Source: Lama guanicoe (taxonomy: Eukaryota). From it: a stretch of 54,300 bases of DNA. Positions 1 to 12,990 of this stretch are shown here, piece after piece. The DNA lies in assembly GCA_013239625.1 (NCBI GenBank), contig MU053513.1, forward strand, positions 3,460,927 through 3,515,226. Reading direction: 5' to 3'. Position 1 is the first letter of the stretch. Every line of letters starts with the position of its first letter. The notes under the pieces are model-generated. The model was not told the DNA's origin, searched no databases, and saw only the letters and a program-made list of their open reading frames with translations. Position numbers and translations under genes: made by a program.

Positions 1-63
1 CCGTGAGTCTGTTTCTGTCTTTTATATAAGTTCATTTATCTTTTCTTTCTTTTTTTTTTTTTT

Positions 64-403
64 TAGATTCCACATGTGAGTGATATCATATGGTATTTTT
101 CTTTCTCTTTCTGGCTTACTTCACTTAGAATGACATTCTCCAGGGCCATCTATTTTGCTGCAAATGGCAGTTTTTATCATTTTTTATGGCTGAGTATAAA
201 TATGCCACATTTGCATGGAATATCTTCTTCCATCCTCTCACTCTCAGTCTATGTGTATCTTTCTCCCTGAAATGGGTCTCTTATCTGCAGCATATTGTAG
301 GTTCTTGTTTCATTATCCAGTCTGCCACTTTATGTCTTTTGATTGGAGCATTTAGTCCATTGACATTTACAGTAATTATTGATAGATGTGTGTTTATTGC
401 CAT
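64..403 (-). pseudogene. L1 ORF2 remnant (endonuclease N-terminus fused to extreme C-terminus)
   Basis: Manual translation from the ATG at 403: MAINTHLSIITVNVNGLNAPIKRHKVADWIMKQEPTICCR*ETHFREKDTHRLRVRGWKKIFHAN, then YSAIKND and, after a frameshift, LPFAAK*MALENVILSEVSQKEKEKYHMISLTCGI*. Contains stops and frameshifts. Confidence 0.9.
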
Positions 404-803
404 TTTAAACTTAATTTTGCAGTTGATTTGGTATATCCTCTTTGTTCTTTTCTTTTTCTTTTTGTGGTTTGATAATTTTTCTTCATATTATCTTGGTTTC
501 TTTGTAGTTTTTGTGTCTCTACTGTAAACTTTTGGATTGTGGTTACCTGTTTTGTACATGTCTTAACCCATTACTATATCTGTTTGTTTTAAACTGATAG
601 TAATATAAGCTCAAACCCATCCTACCAAGAACAAAAACAAAAACAGAAACAAAAAAATTATATTTTCTTGTTCCCCTCTCATGTCCTTAATGATTTAGAT
701 GTCTTCTTTTACAACTTCATGTTTATTCTATTTGTAATTCAGGGTAGTTATCACCTTTCCCATTATGGTTTTCTCCTTTCTGTAAATCCTGCTTCTTTTC
801 TAT

Positions 804-1650
804 TTAGAGTAGACCTTTCAATATTTCTTTTAGCATCAGTTTAGTGTTGCTAAATTCTCTAAGTTTTTGCTTCTCTGTGAAGTTCTTTCTCTCTCTTCTT
901 CTAAATGATAGCCTTGCTGGATTAAAGTATCCTAGATTGCAGCTTTTTCTCATTCAGGACTTTGAATATATCTTGCCACTCCCTTCTGTCCTGCAGTGTT
1001 TTGTGTACAGAAATCAGCTGAAAGCCTTATGGGGGTTCTCTTGTGACTATTTTTCTCTTGGTTCCTTTAGAATCATTTCTTTATCCTTTACCCTATGTAT
1101 TGGTGTGGGTCTGTTTGAGTTCTTCTTGTTCGGGACCCTCTGTGCTTCCTGTACTTGGATATCTGATTCCTTCTTTAGGTTTGGGAAGTTTTCAGTCATG
1201 ATTTCTTCAAATACCTTTTCAATACCCTTTGCTCTTTCTTCTCCTTCGGGACATTTCTATTATGTGTAGGTTGGCACATTTTATATTATCCCATAGATCC
1301 CTTATATTGTTTTCTCTCAGCTGTTCTGATTGGGTGACTTCTGTTGTCCCGTCTTCTAAGTCACTTATTTGTTCCTCTGCATTATCTAGCCTGCTTTTTA
1401 CAGCCTTTAGCTCAGCTCTTATCTCAGCAAATGAGTTTTCCAGTTTTAATTGGCTCCTCTTTACAGTTTCAATTTCCTTTTTGACATATTCTCTGTCTCT
1501 AAACACAATCTTTTTTAGTTCCTTCAGTACTTTGATCACTCCTTTTTTGAAATCATGATCTAGTAGACTATCAAGGTCTATTTCATTGATTGTTTTTTCA
1601 GGGGATTTCTTTTGTTCTTTTAATTAGGAGTGGTTCCTCTGCTTCTTCAT
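804..1650 (-). pseudogene. L1 ORF1 (disrupted)
   Basis: Starts MKKQRNHS* at 1650, includes the coiled-coil ORF 1219..1539 (SRLDNAEEQISDLED...IRDLWDNIK) and ends LKEILKGLL* at 804. Has stops, frameshifts and several small deletions. Confidence 0.88.
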
Positions 1651-1764
1651 TTTACTTATATCTCTCTGGCACTATGGATTATGGAGTTTCAGTTATCTAC
1701 TGTGATCCTGAAGAGGTTTGTTTGTTTGTTTATCTATCTAAAGCTGATGTGGAAATAAAACTAA

Positions 1765-1975
1765 AAAAAATTTAAAAGAAGAAAAAATATTTGAAAACTG
1801 TAATCAATAACAAGAATAAAATGAAGAGAAATAAAAATCAAGTTGAGACAATTTTTTAAAAATTTTAAAGAAGAAAAAGATTTGAAAACAGAATATAACC
1901 AATAACAGAAGAACAAAACAAAGAAATAAAAATCAAATTGAGACCAATTTAAAAAAATCAATAAAAATTTTAAAA
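1765..1975. repeat. Two degenerate ~90-95 bp A-rich tandem units in the distal L1 5'UTR
   Basis: The motif aaaagaagaaaaa.atttgaaaac...caataaca...agaaataaaaatcaa.ttgagac occurs twice. Confidence 0.7.
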
Positions 1976-2139
1976 GGGATAAAAAATTAAAAAATTAAAA
2001 AAAGGAAAAGAAAGGAAGAAACAGGTGGACGTGTTCCCGTAGAGACTGTGCTCTTGATAATTTTGTTGAGAGGTCCTTTTTAAGTATGGGTGGTTGCCTA
2101 GTCTTCCTTTCATGCCTTTTGTCTGTTATCCCTTTGGCT

Positions 2140-3200
2140 AGGGGTGTGGCCAGCGTTGTGGTGGGCAGAGCCTGCGTTGACTATTGAGCAGGGCCTCCTT
2201 TTTGTTCTGTGATGTCGCCACTCCTGCCCTCGCCCTTCTGTGCAAACTCCGCTGGCTGGTTCCAGAGGCCCTCAGGTCGCGCCCCTGGTCTGTGCAGCTC
2301 CCAGCGCTGGTAGGCGGGCAGGCTGCGCCCCTCCCAGTGCCGCATTCCGCGCGGCGCTCGTGCACGGTGGGCGGGCGGGTCGCGGCCACTCTGGACTCCT
2401 GTACTCCGGAGCCGCGCTCATACCTGGTAGGTGGCGGGTCACACCCCCTGCCAACCCATGTCCCAGTGCCTCGCTTGTGCGTGGTAGGTGGCGGGTCACT
2501 TCCCCATTCAGTGCCTCTCCCCACACCGCCGTGGAGGGTGCGTGCGTCGTATGCGGGCTCTGAGAAAACGGCTGCCGCAGCCCTCAGCCCTGCTGTGTGC
2601 CGGAACTCTGCTCCTTGTGGGTTTGTCTGAGAGGCGAGTTCACAGAGCCACCGGGGCAGAACATTCCCCTCTGCCTGGGGCTGTCAACAAATCTCAGTCC
2701 TGCCTGTGAGGTAGAGGAGCCCTTAGGTGCGTATTCAGGTTTCCACCCCGCCTCCGCCTGGAGCAAAGAATATGGTGGCTGTGGCTGCGCCCCGCCTCTC
2801 TTCTCCCAGGAGTGCGCCAGTAATGGCGCTGGGGGTCTGTGGAGACAAAGGCCACGGTCCCCTCCCCCAAGGGCACACCAGCAGTGTTGCTTTTTTTTTT
2901 TTTCCCTTGTATTTTATGGGGGACCCAGGTGGTTCTGCTCTGTATACCTTCCCAGCCACGGCACACAGCACACTGCAGTCCCCCGAGATTGCCTCTTTAC
3001 AGCCGGCCTTTGTCCTCCGCCCAGCTTGGGGAGCTTGTCCCGTCCCACCCCTGCTGGTTCGTGTCTAGGGCTGGGGGTTGCGGGGACCCTTTGTGTCCAC
3101 TTATCTTAGTTCTGTCCGTCAAGGGCTGTTCTGTACATGTCCGAGCCTGGGGGGTTCCCCCTCCATCCCGCTCACCTCTCTGTGGGAGATGGGGAGACCC
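2140..3200 (-). promoter_or_regulatory. CpG-island-like L1 5'UTR internal promoter with short degenerate monomers
   Basis: High GC with many CpGs (e.g. cgcattccgcgcggcgctcg). The motif ggt(a/g)gg(c/t)gg(g)c recurs about every 50-60 bp between 2305 and 2500. Confidence 0.65.
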
Positions 3201-3437
3201 AGTGATTGAGCACTGCTCCTCCTTTGCCGCTCCCTCCCTGTAGGACTAGTCCCACACTATTTTCCTTTTTCTTCTTTCTTTTTTCCTTTTCTCCTACCAG
3301 ACTTGTGGTGGATTTTGTCTTTTGAAGAAGGTGATGTTCTGTCAAAGTTCAGCAGGTGTTCTGATTGGCTGTGTGGGTCCCTGGATGTCACTCTTGGTGT
3401 ATTCGTGGGACAGGGTGAGCTATGAGCTCCTTCTACT

Positions 3438-3448
3438 CCGCCATCTTG
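3438..3448 (-). promoter_or_regulatory. YY1-type motif at the L1 5' end
   Basis: CAAGATGGCGG on the minus strand, about 12 nt from the element start. Confidence 0.7.
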
Positions 3449-4983
3449 GCCCTTCCTCTCTAGATTTGTTTTTACTCTGCCTTCCCCAAATCCTATCTAT
3501 TGAGAAAACTATTTTCATCTTCAAAAGTATTCCTAGGTCTTAACCCACTATATATGACTCTTGACAGGAAGTTTAATTACTAGGAAAGGTATCTCCTGGA
3601 TGCATTGGGTCCATGAAAAAAGGGTATCTATTTAGAATGCATGATGAAGAGGAATATATTAGAGTAGGGAAGTGAGTGAAAGAGATTCTTTTAAAAGTTG
3701 TGCTTAGGGACCTAGATTTTATTCTTATTCTCTGACTTAAATTTATGTATTCTGGCCAAATCCAGCTGATTATTTAAGGCAATTCCCTTCATTCTAATTT
3801 GGCTTCAGTAGTCATCTCAATGTAACATTTTGCTGATTACAAGCAACTCTTTTTCCTGGTACTAATGGTCATAATGCAGAGTCCATTTCATTTCCTCACT
3901 GAAACCATTGACTTCAGGAAATTAAACTGTGGATTTTAATTCTTTGGTTTAGAATAGGCATTTGAATCCCAAAGATCCGAGTTTTTAATCAATATTACTG
4001 GTATCAATGAGAACATTTATAATATGATGTACCATTTTAGCTCAAATGGTAGATTTTGCATGTTGATATTTTTATATTTTAAATGCAGAAATTTGGCAAC
4101 ATAGATGATTTTTTTTTCTTGGAAACCCAAAAGTGCTATATAAAAACATGTATTATGGTCCAGTATACCTGCATTATTGGTTAGGTAGAAGAATAAGGCA
4201 TTTGGTAAATAAAATATTTGGGCTAATTGAAGATTATTATGTATGCATTATAGATTAATAGCTGACTTGGCAAAGATTATAATACAATAAAATACCTACA
4301 GCACTAAAACTGCAAAATGATCAGAGCTTTGTAACAGTGGTCAGAATAATCACTGTGAGCATTTGCTATCATTGTGCCATAGATGTAGAGAGGTGCTAAT
4401 TAAAGAGCTCTAGTTATGTTGGATTCCAGAGAGCCACCTTAGTACTGTTCACATTTATGATCCTGCTATGTGTGGAATTTAAAAAGTGGTAAAGAGAATT
4501 ATGGAGAGAAATAATGGTACGCTGTATTTTTTCTTTGCCATTTTACTAATGTATTACAGAGCTGGAGTAAAATTCTTTTAATTAATTGTTTAAACTCATT
4601 TGGCTTATAACCGTTAGGAAATCATAGCCAGTGAATAGAGAAATATATACAAATTCTGCATTATTGGGGACTTTTATAATTCTACTTACTTAAAATGCAC
4701 ATAGGGAAAATGTATTTAGAGACTGCTTAAAGTGTATAAAAATATGTATTTAATGGCTACTAAAAACTAGTTTTTAACAGATTCTCCTTGTAGAGAATGT
4801 CTTTGGAGCTTTATGATCATGAGTTTTTAATGTTAAATTAATTGCACGTTGAAGACAAAAAAGCAAAACATTAATAAATGAACTATGTTGCAACTAATAT
4901 AATCTGTGATCAAAGAATATATTGAGAAGATTTATAAAAAACTAGATGTGATTACATAAACTAATACCCTAAATAAACAGGAG

Positions 4984-6180
4984 CTAACACTTATTATACA
5001 TTTAGTGTGTGTCAGACACATTTTTAAGTGTTTTATACTAATTAACTTATTGAATTCAATTACTTAATGAATATTTATTGTGTGTTTACTTGGTGATGGT
5101 ATTAGTTTAGGCTCTGTAGAGGATATACTGGACAATAAACAGAAAAACCCTCTGCCCTCAGGGAATTTATATTCTAGTGGGAGAAGACACACAATAATCA
5201 AAATTAATAAATAAAGCATAGTATGTTTTATGGTGGTAGGTTTTATGGTGAAAAATAAAGGTGTAAAGGAAGAAAGGGTATGTGAGTGAATATGGAGATT
5301 CTTTAATTTCAAAATGGTTAGTCAGGGAAGCCCTCATTAAGACTGTGACATTTGAGCAAAGACCTGAAATAGTTGCTAAAGACATCTGGACTTCTGGAAG
5401 AAGAGAGGCCCAGAAAGAGGGAACATGTGTAAAGGCCCTGAGGTGGAAGCAGCGTCACACATTCATTTTGGTACTACAGAGAAGCCCATGTGGCAGGAAC
5501 CCATGGAATGAGGAGGAAAGAAACAGGAGAAGGTAAGGTCAAAGTGATAATCAAGGACCTGATATGTAAACCTGGGCTTTTATTCTGAAGAAGATGCAAA
5601 GTCAATGTAGGGTTTGAGCAGTGAAGCGACACAACCTGACTTAACATTCTAACAGGATTCCTTTAACTGCTGTGCTGAGAATAGACTATGAGGGGGGCAA
5701 GGATAGAAGAGGAGATCAATTAGGAAGCTGTCAGAATAGTCTAAGCAGAGATTATGGTTCTTGGAGCAGGGTTGTGGGGAGTGTAGTGGTTGGATTCTGT
5801 TTGTGTCTGGAAAATAAAGCCAATAGAATGTGGTGTCTGAGAGGAAGAGAGGAATTGATTATGACCCAAGGCTTTTGCCCTGAACATTGGAAAGAGGAAA
5901 AGTACAGTGGAGATGTGGATCCTGTGGGAAGAGTAGGTTTGGAAGGGGAAGATCAGAAATTCAATTTTGAACATTTTGAACTTGTTTAGTAGTAGAGATA
6001 CTCTACGTGGTAGTAGAGATAACCCATAGAGACATCTCTGTGATGTAGTTACCATTATTGTCCCTCTTGTGCAGATGAACTATCAGCACAGAAAGGTTAA
6101 CTTCTCTTTACTCACTCAGGAAGTAACAAATAAGATTCAAACCCAGGCACCACACCACAGCTCCTGATTTTAAACACTGA
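4984..6180 (-). mobile_element. MIR SINE split by an L2 insertion (MIR pieces ~4984-5060 and ~6040-6180)
   Basis: Left piece: ctaacacttat...tgtgtcagacac...aagtgtttta. Right piece: ccattattgtccctcttgtgcagatgaac...aaggttaact...gattcaaacccaggc. Confidence 0.6.
5063..5985 (-). mobile_element. LINE-2 (L2a-like) 3' fragment
   Basis: aatatttattg...ctgccctcagggaatttatattctagtggg...gtcagggaagccctc...gacatttgagcaaagacctgaa...ttttgaacattttgaa. Confidence 0.85.
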
Positions 6181-9132
6181 GGGGTTTATATCTAAGAAGT
6201 TTAGAAATGAGTGTTGTCATAGTGAGTTTTGTAGAATTATAACATGGAAAATCCTACTAACCATCAAATCTAGCTCATCTGCTTAGGCTAAAATTGCTCT
6301 TTCAATGCGACCATTTATAAAAATTTAAGCGGTTTGCACTATGTTCATGCCCATCTCTATCTCTTTGTCTGTTTCTTTTCCTCTTCACCTTTATCCCAGG
6401 GATGTACCTGTCTTGCTGGAGTGGGAAAGAGTTAGCCATGTTACATAGTTCTATATAGCGGTGGAAACAGTTCTTATTTTGATTACTACAGATTTCTGGC
6501 ACTGTTTGTATTTATGCTTCCAAGTCTCAAGCTCTCCAGTATCTTAGGTTCAAAGAAGCTCTTGTGGTTCCTGATTACTTCCTGAATGTTGGTTAATCCA
6601 GTATCCGGGTTTCCTAGGAGTCCACAGCTAGTGGTATTGTTCAGTGTTCCTGTATCTTTACAGTTCCATTTGGCTCAATGTACTTACAATTCTTTAACCT
6701 ACCACATGGCAGCTGTTTAGGTGTCCTTTTGTCAGTTAGTCTTGCCATACAAGCCCAGCCCAGATGACTTGTGTTGCATCGTGCAGTATGTAACACAGCA
6801 AAACAGATGATGACAATTTTAATATACACCCTCTGTATTAGGTAGGATCACATTAATGTGGACTCCCCTATATAGTTCATCTTTATAACTTCATTATGGA
6901 GTTAAAACATTTAGTTTTTAAAGAATTACTTATGATCTGAGCGAAGTTTCCTGCTAGCTCAGGATAGAAAATGTTTTATATCTTGGGCATGACATCCCCT
7001 GGAAATAGTATTTGTAAATGACTGACTGACATACCATTAACTATTCAGCAATACAGGCACCAAATCAATACAAATGTAGTGCACGGTCAATAATATGATT
7101 CATTTGTCACTTGGCGGTTAGTCCCATCAGAATAGGTACAGTATTATAAAACGCTACAGTTTTTCCTTCCTATATTGTGTGGTTGTTACTGCATGATTAA
7201 ACCAAAGGGGTAAAAGTCTGAACTCATTATACTTCATACTTACAGATAATAATACCTGTGGCTGGAAGCACTTAGTGAAACAATGTAATTTGTTGAGGGG
7301 ATTTAATCTCATGGTGCATTGAAACAATGAATAAATTGGACTTAAGAAGTTGATTAACTATTACTATGGATGTAATATGTGGAGGTTGTAGAAATAAGTA
7401 GTTTTAGGAAAAGAAAATGATTTTTGGATTTTCTACTTGTGTAAACTTTAATAAGCATTTTAATGTGTTATAAGTTTTCTCTGAAAAATAGGAGCGATAG
7501 CACCCCTCTTCCCTGGACTGTGCTTCTCAGAGCACCCTCTCCCTAAGGCTTCTTCATTCTTCGTTGTCTTTGTTTATGACCCTGAAGGAATGTGTAGAGC
7601 TACCATTCACTTACAGACCCAGCAGGCTCTTTTGTGTTTGATGCCTGTTAGTCCTCAAGCATGCTGCATATAACTATTCATACATGCATAATCAATTTTT
7701 CAGGTGTATCTTTCACTATTTAATAATTTTTACATATTACTTAGGTTCCCGCAGCATAGGCTTACTGCTTCTGCTAATGACTGGACCTAGGAGAAGACAG
7801 AGCCCCATTTAGAAGGGATGTATTTTGTAAGGTGGAAATAACATTGGGCTGATCTTGAAGGGTGCAGGTGTTGGATTATGGGGTGCTTGTAGGAGTGAGG
7901 CTGCAATAGAGGTGGGTCACTGGAGGTTACTTACTCCCCAGTTTTGCCTACGAGCCAGATCTGTTCCTGCTCTTATATTATTAAGCAGTTTGCTTTGTCA
8001 GCACTGCTGGGTTGTCGTTTAGTATCAGGAATATTTATCATTTTAAATGTTCATCAAGGCTTATCTGTTATTTAAAACTGCATAAATTTCAGGTGACACA
8101 GAAGAAGAAAAGGCCTCAAGTTTAGTGACAGATAATAATTTACTATTAGGGTGTTCTTGCTTAAGTCAGGTAGACCAAAGCCAAGTGGTGCTATTTAGAT
8201 CATTTACTAAACAATATGATGGCGTATTTTCTGTCCAGGCTTCCCTGAGATTAGATTGATGCAACATTGTCTACCTGGAACAGTTTTTGAAAATGCAACT
8301 CAAAAAGTAAGAAAGGCCTGCTAAACCACAGGGAGAGCATCGGCTTTGTCCTCTAGTTGCACAGTTTACTCCTAGGTGCAATTTGCGGTGTTGGCTTTGA
8401 TGTGTTCTCCTTTCTTGGTGTGTTGTCTTTTTCCAGGTGCTACCTCGTGAAGCTTATTCAGCTGAGACTGAAATGAGTTGAGACCTTGGCAGACAGTCTT
8501 TAGCCATATTTGCTGATGCATTGGGTGCACCAGTGCACGGGGTGCATAATTATCTTTGCTGTAAATATTATACTGAGGTAGAAGATGCAAGTCTTATATT
8601 TGAACCTCAACATGGCAAAAACACTCTACATATTTCTCAAAGCAGCAAAAATACTCTCACAACAGGGAGAGGAAAGAAACATTATTTCTGGCTTGATTAC
8701 TTGACTTTTACTCCATTTCATTTAATTCCTGTGCTAATTTACGTGATATTTATTAGAGCAGCTTCTATTTGTTTTATAAAAGAAACCAGCCTCTTTTAGT
8801 GGCAGCAGGGCCTGTTCGGGGTGGAGTCACTCCTCTTATGTGTAATCACTGTCAACTTTAGGAGTCAGAATCAGACTCAGCAACATTTAAGCGCATTCAT
8901 TTAACGTTACCTGTGATGGGAACACTCTAAAGAACATTTTCACTTATCCATGCTTTGACAAACATTAAATTGTATTGAAATAATCAATTCATGTGGTTAA
9001 AAAATCCAATAATACAGAAGAATTTATAATAAAAGCCACACTGTCTTAGAGACACAGCAGTAACTAATAGAAGAATCAAAATGGAAACTGTTAAAAGTTG
9101 GTCACCCCTGGGGGTAGGGAAGGGAGTGGCTG

Positions 9133-9187
<55 letters not shown>
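9133..9187. repeat. (TA)n(GA)n microsatellite
   Basis: Read directly from the sequence. Confidence 0.95.
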
Positions 9188-9188
<1 letters not shown>

Positions 9189-9309
9189 CATACACACCAC
9201 TATATCTGATTTAATTTTTAAATTTTCTTCTTGGTGTGCTAGATTAGCACTGAATTTATCTGTACCACTCTTCATGGTCCCATTTCCCTTTATCTACATG
9301 TAATTATAT

Positions 9310-9464
9310 CAGTAGGTCTGCCCTCTGTGTCCACAGGTTCCAGTCCGTGGATGTGGAGGGCACACTGTACTACACCACTGTCCACAAGTGACTTGAGTAT
9401 CCATAGATGCTGGTATCCTCGGGGGTCCTGGAACCAAACCCAATGGATACTGAGGACAACTGTA
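9310..9464 (-). mobile_element. Tigger-derived MITE (MER2-like, short)
   Basis: Reverse complement reads CAGTTGTCCTCAGTATCC...GGTTCCAGGACCCCCGAGGATACC...GGATACTCAAGTC, with imperfect terminal inverted repeats and TA at the right end. Confidence 0.75.
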
Positions 9465-9619
9465 GTCTGTTTCCCTACAGATGACATTTGGTACTTGAAA
9501 ACTCCGTTAAATCTTCATTTCTTATTCCATTAACCATGGACAGTAATCTTCACTATCCACTTTGTAAGATGAACACATTATAACTCTGGTTCTTTCTTTC
9601 AGTGTTTCTCATCTTCTGC

Positions 9620-11520
9620 TTCCCAATATTCCAAGTCAGTAAACAACATTTCCATTAATCTTGCCAGATAAATATTATTTACTGCAGAGCCACATATAGT
9701 GTATGGGTATTGCACTTCTCTGTAAGGCTAATATTAGGACTTTTCTGTCACTCAGTGGAGAATGTTCCTCACTTCAAATCGCAATGGATTATCTGTTTAA
9801 ACATTCTTTATCATATCCTTACCTTTTTCAGAGTTCTCAATCCATTCAGTCCCCTCACCTTCTTTTCCTCCTGGGACACTGCATCCCCGGGTCCTCTGTA
9901 CTGGCTCTTCTCTGGGGCCTTTCCAGAGCTGTCTTGAGACTTCCTTTCACTCTCTCCTGAACAGCCCTCTCTGTTTCTTGGGTCTTAAGCTTTCTTTCTG
10001 GCTTAACATTCTCAAGTTAACTTCATAAGGAAGGATGCACAGGAGGAAAAATGAATGACATCTTGCAAACCAGAAATGTCTTTATTCAAGTTTCATGCTT
10101 CACTGGCCCATTCATTTAGCTGAAAATAAAATCCTTGGTTGAAAATTATTTGCTTTCAGAACTTTGAGGACGTTGCTTCACTGTTTTTTAGCACTTAATG
10201 TTGTTGATGAAAACAATCTGTCAGACTAATTTTATTTGTTGATTATCTGTTTTTTTTCTTTCTGGAATTTTGAAGGATCTTTGTCCTTTGTGTTTCAATC
10301 AAACAATTTATATATGTATATCTTTTTAGCTCTAAGATATTTTCTTATATTATTTCTTTGATAATCTTGTCCCCTCTATGTACCCTCTCCCCTTTTTCTC
10401 CAAAATTCATTAGTGGATATTGAGTATTATGGACTTATTCCTCCTGTTTCTTTATTCCGTATTTTGTTTCTTTGTCCTATTCTATGTCCTGGGAGATTTC
10501 CCTGGTTTTATCTTCTAATATTTCTCTTGAATTATATTTTCTATCTAAGAGCATTTTCTTGTTTCCTTTTTTCTTAAAATTGTATCTTCCTCTTATTTAC
10601 GTTTTCAGGAATCTCTGAGAAAAATATTTTGAGGTTTTAAAAAGTTCTCTTAAATCCCCTGAATATCATTTCTTCTTATGCGGTCGTTTTCCCCTGCTAC
10701 TTCATCTGTATCTTTCTTCTTTAATATTACAGGCTTTACTCAAATGTCTGGTGACTTTGGTGGCCTGTTTATATGGAAGAATGAAACTGACTCGGGGCTC
10801 TGCGTATCTGAGGTGTTTTCCTGACTGGCAATCTCTGCTTTTTTGGTTTGTGGCTGGGGCACCAGCCATTAAGCTTGGGGATCCCTAATGGCCAGGCAAA
10901 GGAAGGCTTTAATCAGCACACTAACACTTAAACTCGCTGCCTTGCTTTTTCTTAGTGTGATCAGAGAGGACAGCTCAGGTTTTGTGTGCTGGGTTAGCTG
11001 GCTGTCTTACTTCCAGGGTTGTGGGGAGGGGCTTGTATGACTGTTGACTCTTCTATAAGCCAGGAATCAGTAAATGTTTTCTGTAAAGGCATGGTAGTAA
11101 TATGTAGGACCTCTTGGCCACATGCAATAAAATAAATAAAATAATAAATAAATAAAATGTAAAAAACATTCTTAGCTAACTGATTATATAAAAGCAGGTG
11201 GTGGGCTGTAGTTTGTCAACTCTTACAAAACAGACCTGCAGTTAATCCGTTTTCAGCCCTGTGTTTCACTCTCAACTTCTGAGTCTTAAGCTATCTGGGA
11301 CTAGGATTTTTAAAAGCAGCTTGAGCTCCCCTGCATCCCCCACCTGCCACCCTTCCTGAGCTTCAGCCTTTATTCCTTTGTTTTCTGGGCTGTTTCTTTC
11401 TCCTGTTGATTTCTCAGTCAGTAGTCTTTCGTCTCCTTTCTGTCTTCCAAGAATCTGTTGAAAATTCACGTCTACTTATGATTTCTTTCCCATTCATTCT
11501 TTTTGTTATTGTGGGTAGTA
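9620..11520 (-). mobile_element. Ancient L1/HAL1-like ORF1 and 5' region fragments, interrupted by MER58
   Basis: gaaatgtctttattc...ggttgaaaattatttgctttcagaactttgagg...ttgcttcactg resembles antisense old L1/HAL1 ORF1. Boundaries approximate. Confidence 0.55.
11061..11224. mobile_element. hAT-Charlie MITE (MER58-like), internally deleted
   Basis: caggaatcagtaaatgttttctgtaaaggc...aaaatgtaaaaaacattcttagct...gggctgtagtttgtcaactc. Confidence 0.75.
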
Positions 11521-11529
11521 GTCCTCTCA

Positions 11530-11940
11530 TCACTTCCAATTTCCCAGTACCCATCACATCTTTCAATTGCCAACACCTGCAGCTCTTAGCGTGAGGGTTC
11601 TGTTTGGCTTTAGGAGCTTGCTCTGCCTGCCTGCCCCCTCCCACCAGCCCTCAACCAATGGCTAACAGGTGAGTAAACACACAAGCTTCCTTGCTCCCCG
11701 GTTGGGATCTCTCCAAGGTGCATGTTCTCCACGGGCTCCAGGGCTACTGAGCGGGATTGAAACCCAGGTGCTAATAGTATCTTGTTTGATGATGAACCCT
11801 TTTATTGGCTCTCCCTTGTTGCGTGACTCGTGACTCACGTTCTCTCTCTGCTACAAAAGTTTCCTGGGATTCCTGCTCACATTCCTTGCTTGTATTCAGA
11901 TCATTCTCAAGAGTGCTTCTGAGGAAACAAAACGGAGATG
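11530..11940 (+). mobile_element. ERVL solo LTR (LTR16-like)
   Basis: cagccctcaaccaatggctaacagg...gggattgaaacccagg...tttattggct...ttcctgggat...ctcaagagtgcttctgaggaaac. Confidence 0.75.
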
Positions 11941-12074
11941 TGAGTTAGTCTTTTTTTCCTTTATTATATTTTTAATGAAATCTCAGAAGGAGCAGATAAT
12001 TTTGATTACTTCTTTTATTATATTGAACCTGAATCTGATTAATCAATATTATATATGCATTATTTGTGGATGAT

Positions 12075-12990
12075 AGAATCATGAATCAGACTTGAATTCT
12101 AACCTGCAAGGAGCTTGTGTGCTACGGAGCAGACAGTCCACACAGTAGAATGTTTGAAGTATTGTTAAGAGAGTTTGAGACGTATGCGTCATGAAGCCTA
12201 GCAGGCATGAGAAGATCTATTTGCAGGTGGGTGATCAGGGATGACTTCAGAAGGGGTGTGAGATTTCAGCTGGGTAAAGGGGAAATCAATTTGAAAACAG
12301 AATGATGAGGCTAGACATTCATAGGGGAGAAAACGGGATGAACTCAAACCCTCTTCAAGGGGCGTAAGAAGAGGAATGGTTGGCTCAGGAGAAGCCTTCT
12401 GTTCCTGAGAGAGGACAGAATGCTGTAAACAAGCACAAGCACTTATAAAAACACAGGTGTATGTTGTGTATAAATGTATGTATATGTGTATGTGAGAGAA
12501 AAATTCTTCAATTCAAATGGCAGGAAGATGTTCATGTGAATATTGACGGAGATTGCTGACAAATGATTTATATAATCAGGAGTTTGGATCTGATGTGGGA
12601 AACACAGGGGACCCATCAGATTCCTCTGAGAAGAGAAATTAAAAACATCTTTAAGGGAGAATGCGGTGACTGAGAATGGTTCATTTTTGTGAGGGATCAA
12701 TTGAATGGAGATGAGCGAGAAGCTATTACAGGTGAGAGGTGATTTTTTTCGGTCTGGGTCATTGTGAGAGGCTGTGGCATTAGGAATCTAAGCGCTAACT
12801 TGAGAAATCTGGAGGAAAAAACTGAATTGCCAAAGGAGGAAAAAGCAGAGAGGAGTATGGAGAATGGAAAAGCAAGGAAAAATTCTCAGAAACAGATCAA
12901 GCTCTTGGGAATCTCTCAAAGTAGGAAATATACTAGAGAGAGTAAACAAGAGAGAGCCCTGTATTTGGACCTACTAGAATTAAGAAGGAG
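12075..12990 (-). mobile_element. Degenerate L2 fragments
   Basis: aacctgcaaggagcttg...gatcagggatgacttcagaagg...gaagctattacaggtgagaggtgat. Highly diverged. Confidence 0.45.

Larger units (their letters stand above)
1..3460 (-). mobile_element. LINE-1 with intact 5' end and internally deleted ORF2; 3' end runs off the window start
   Basis: The minus strand begins GAGAGGAAGGGCCAAGATGGCGGAGTAG, a typical L1 5' terminus. It is followed by a GC-rich 5'UTR, a T-rich repeat tract, ORF1, an inter-ORF spacer, the ORF2 N-terminus, the ORF2 C-terminus and the start of the 3'UTR. The right flank tagatttgttttt|a resembles an L1 endonuclease site/TSD. Confidence 0.93.

Noticed and set aside
200..220. ORF2 deletion as a spliced L1 transcript
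   Set aside because: The expected ORF2 continuation after GCAAAT is GG rather than a GT donor, and a 3-nt microhomology explains the junction.
2138..3243. Many overlapping 100-170 aa ORFs, including antisense ORF0-like candidates
   Set aside because: They lie in the GC-rich L1 5'UTR where stops are rare in all frames, mostly start at non-ATG codons, and resemble no protein I recognise.
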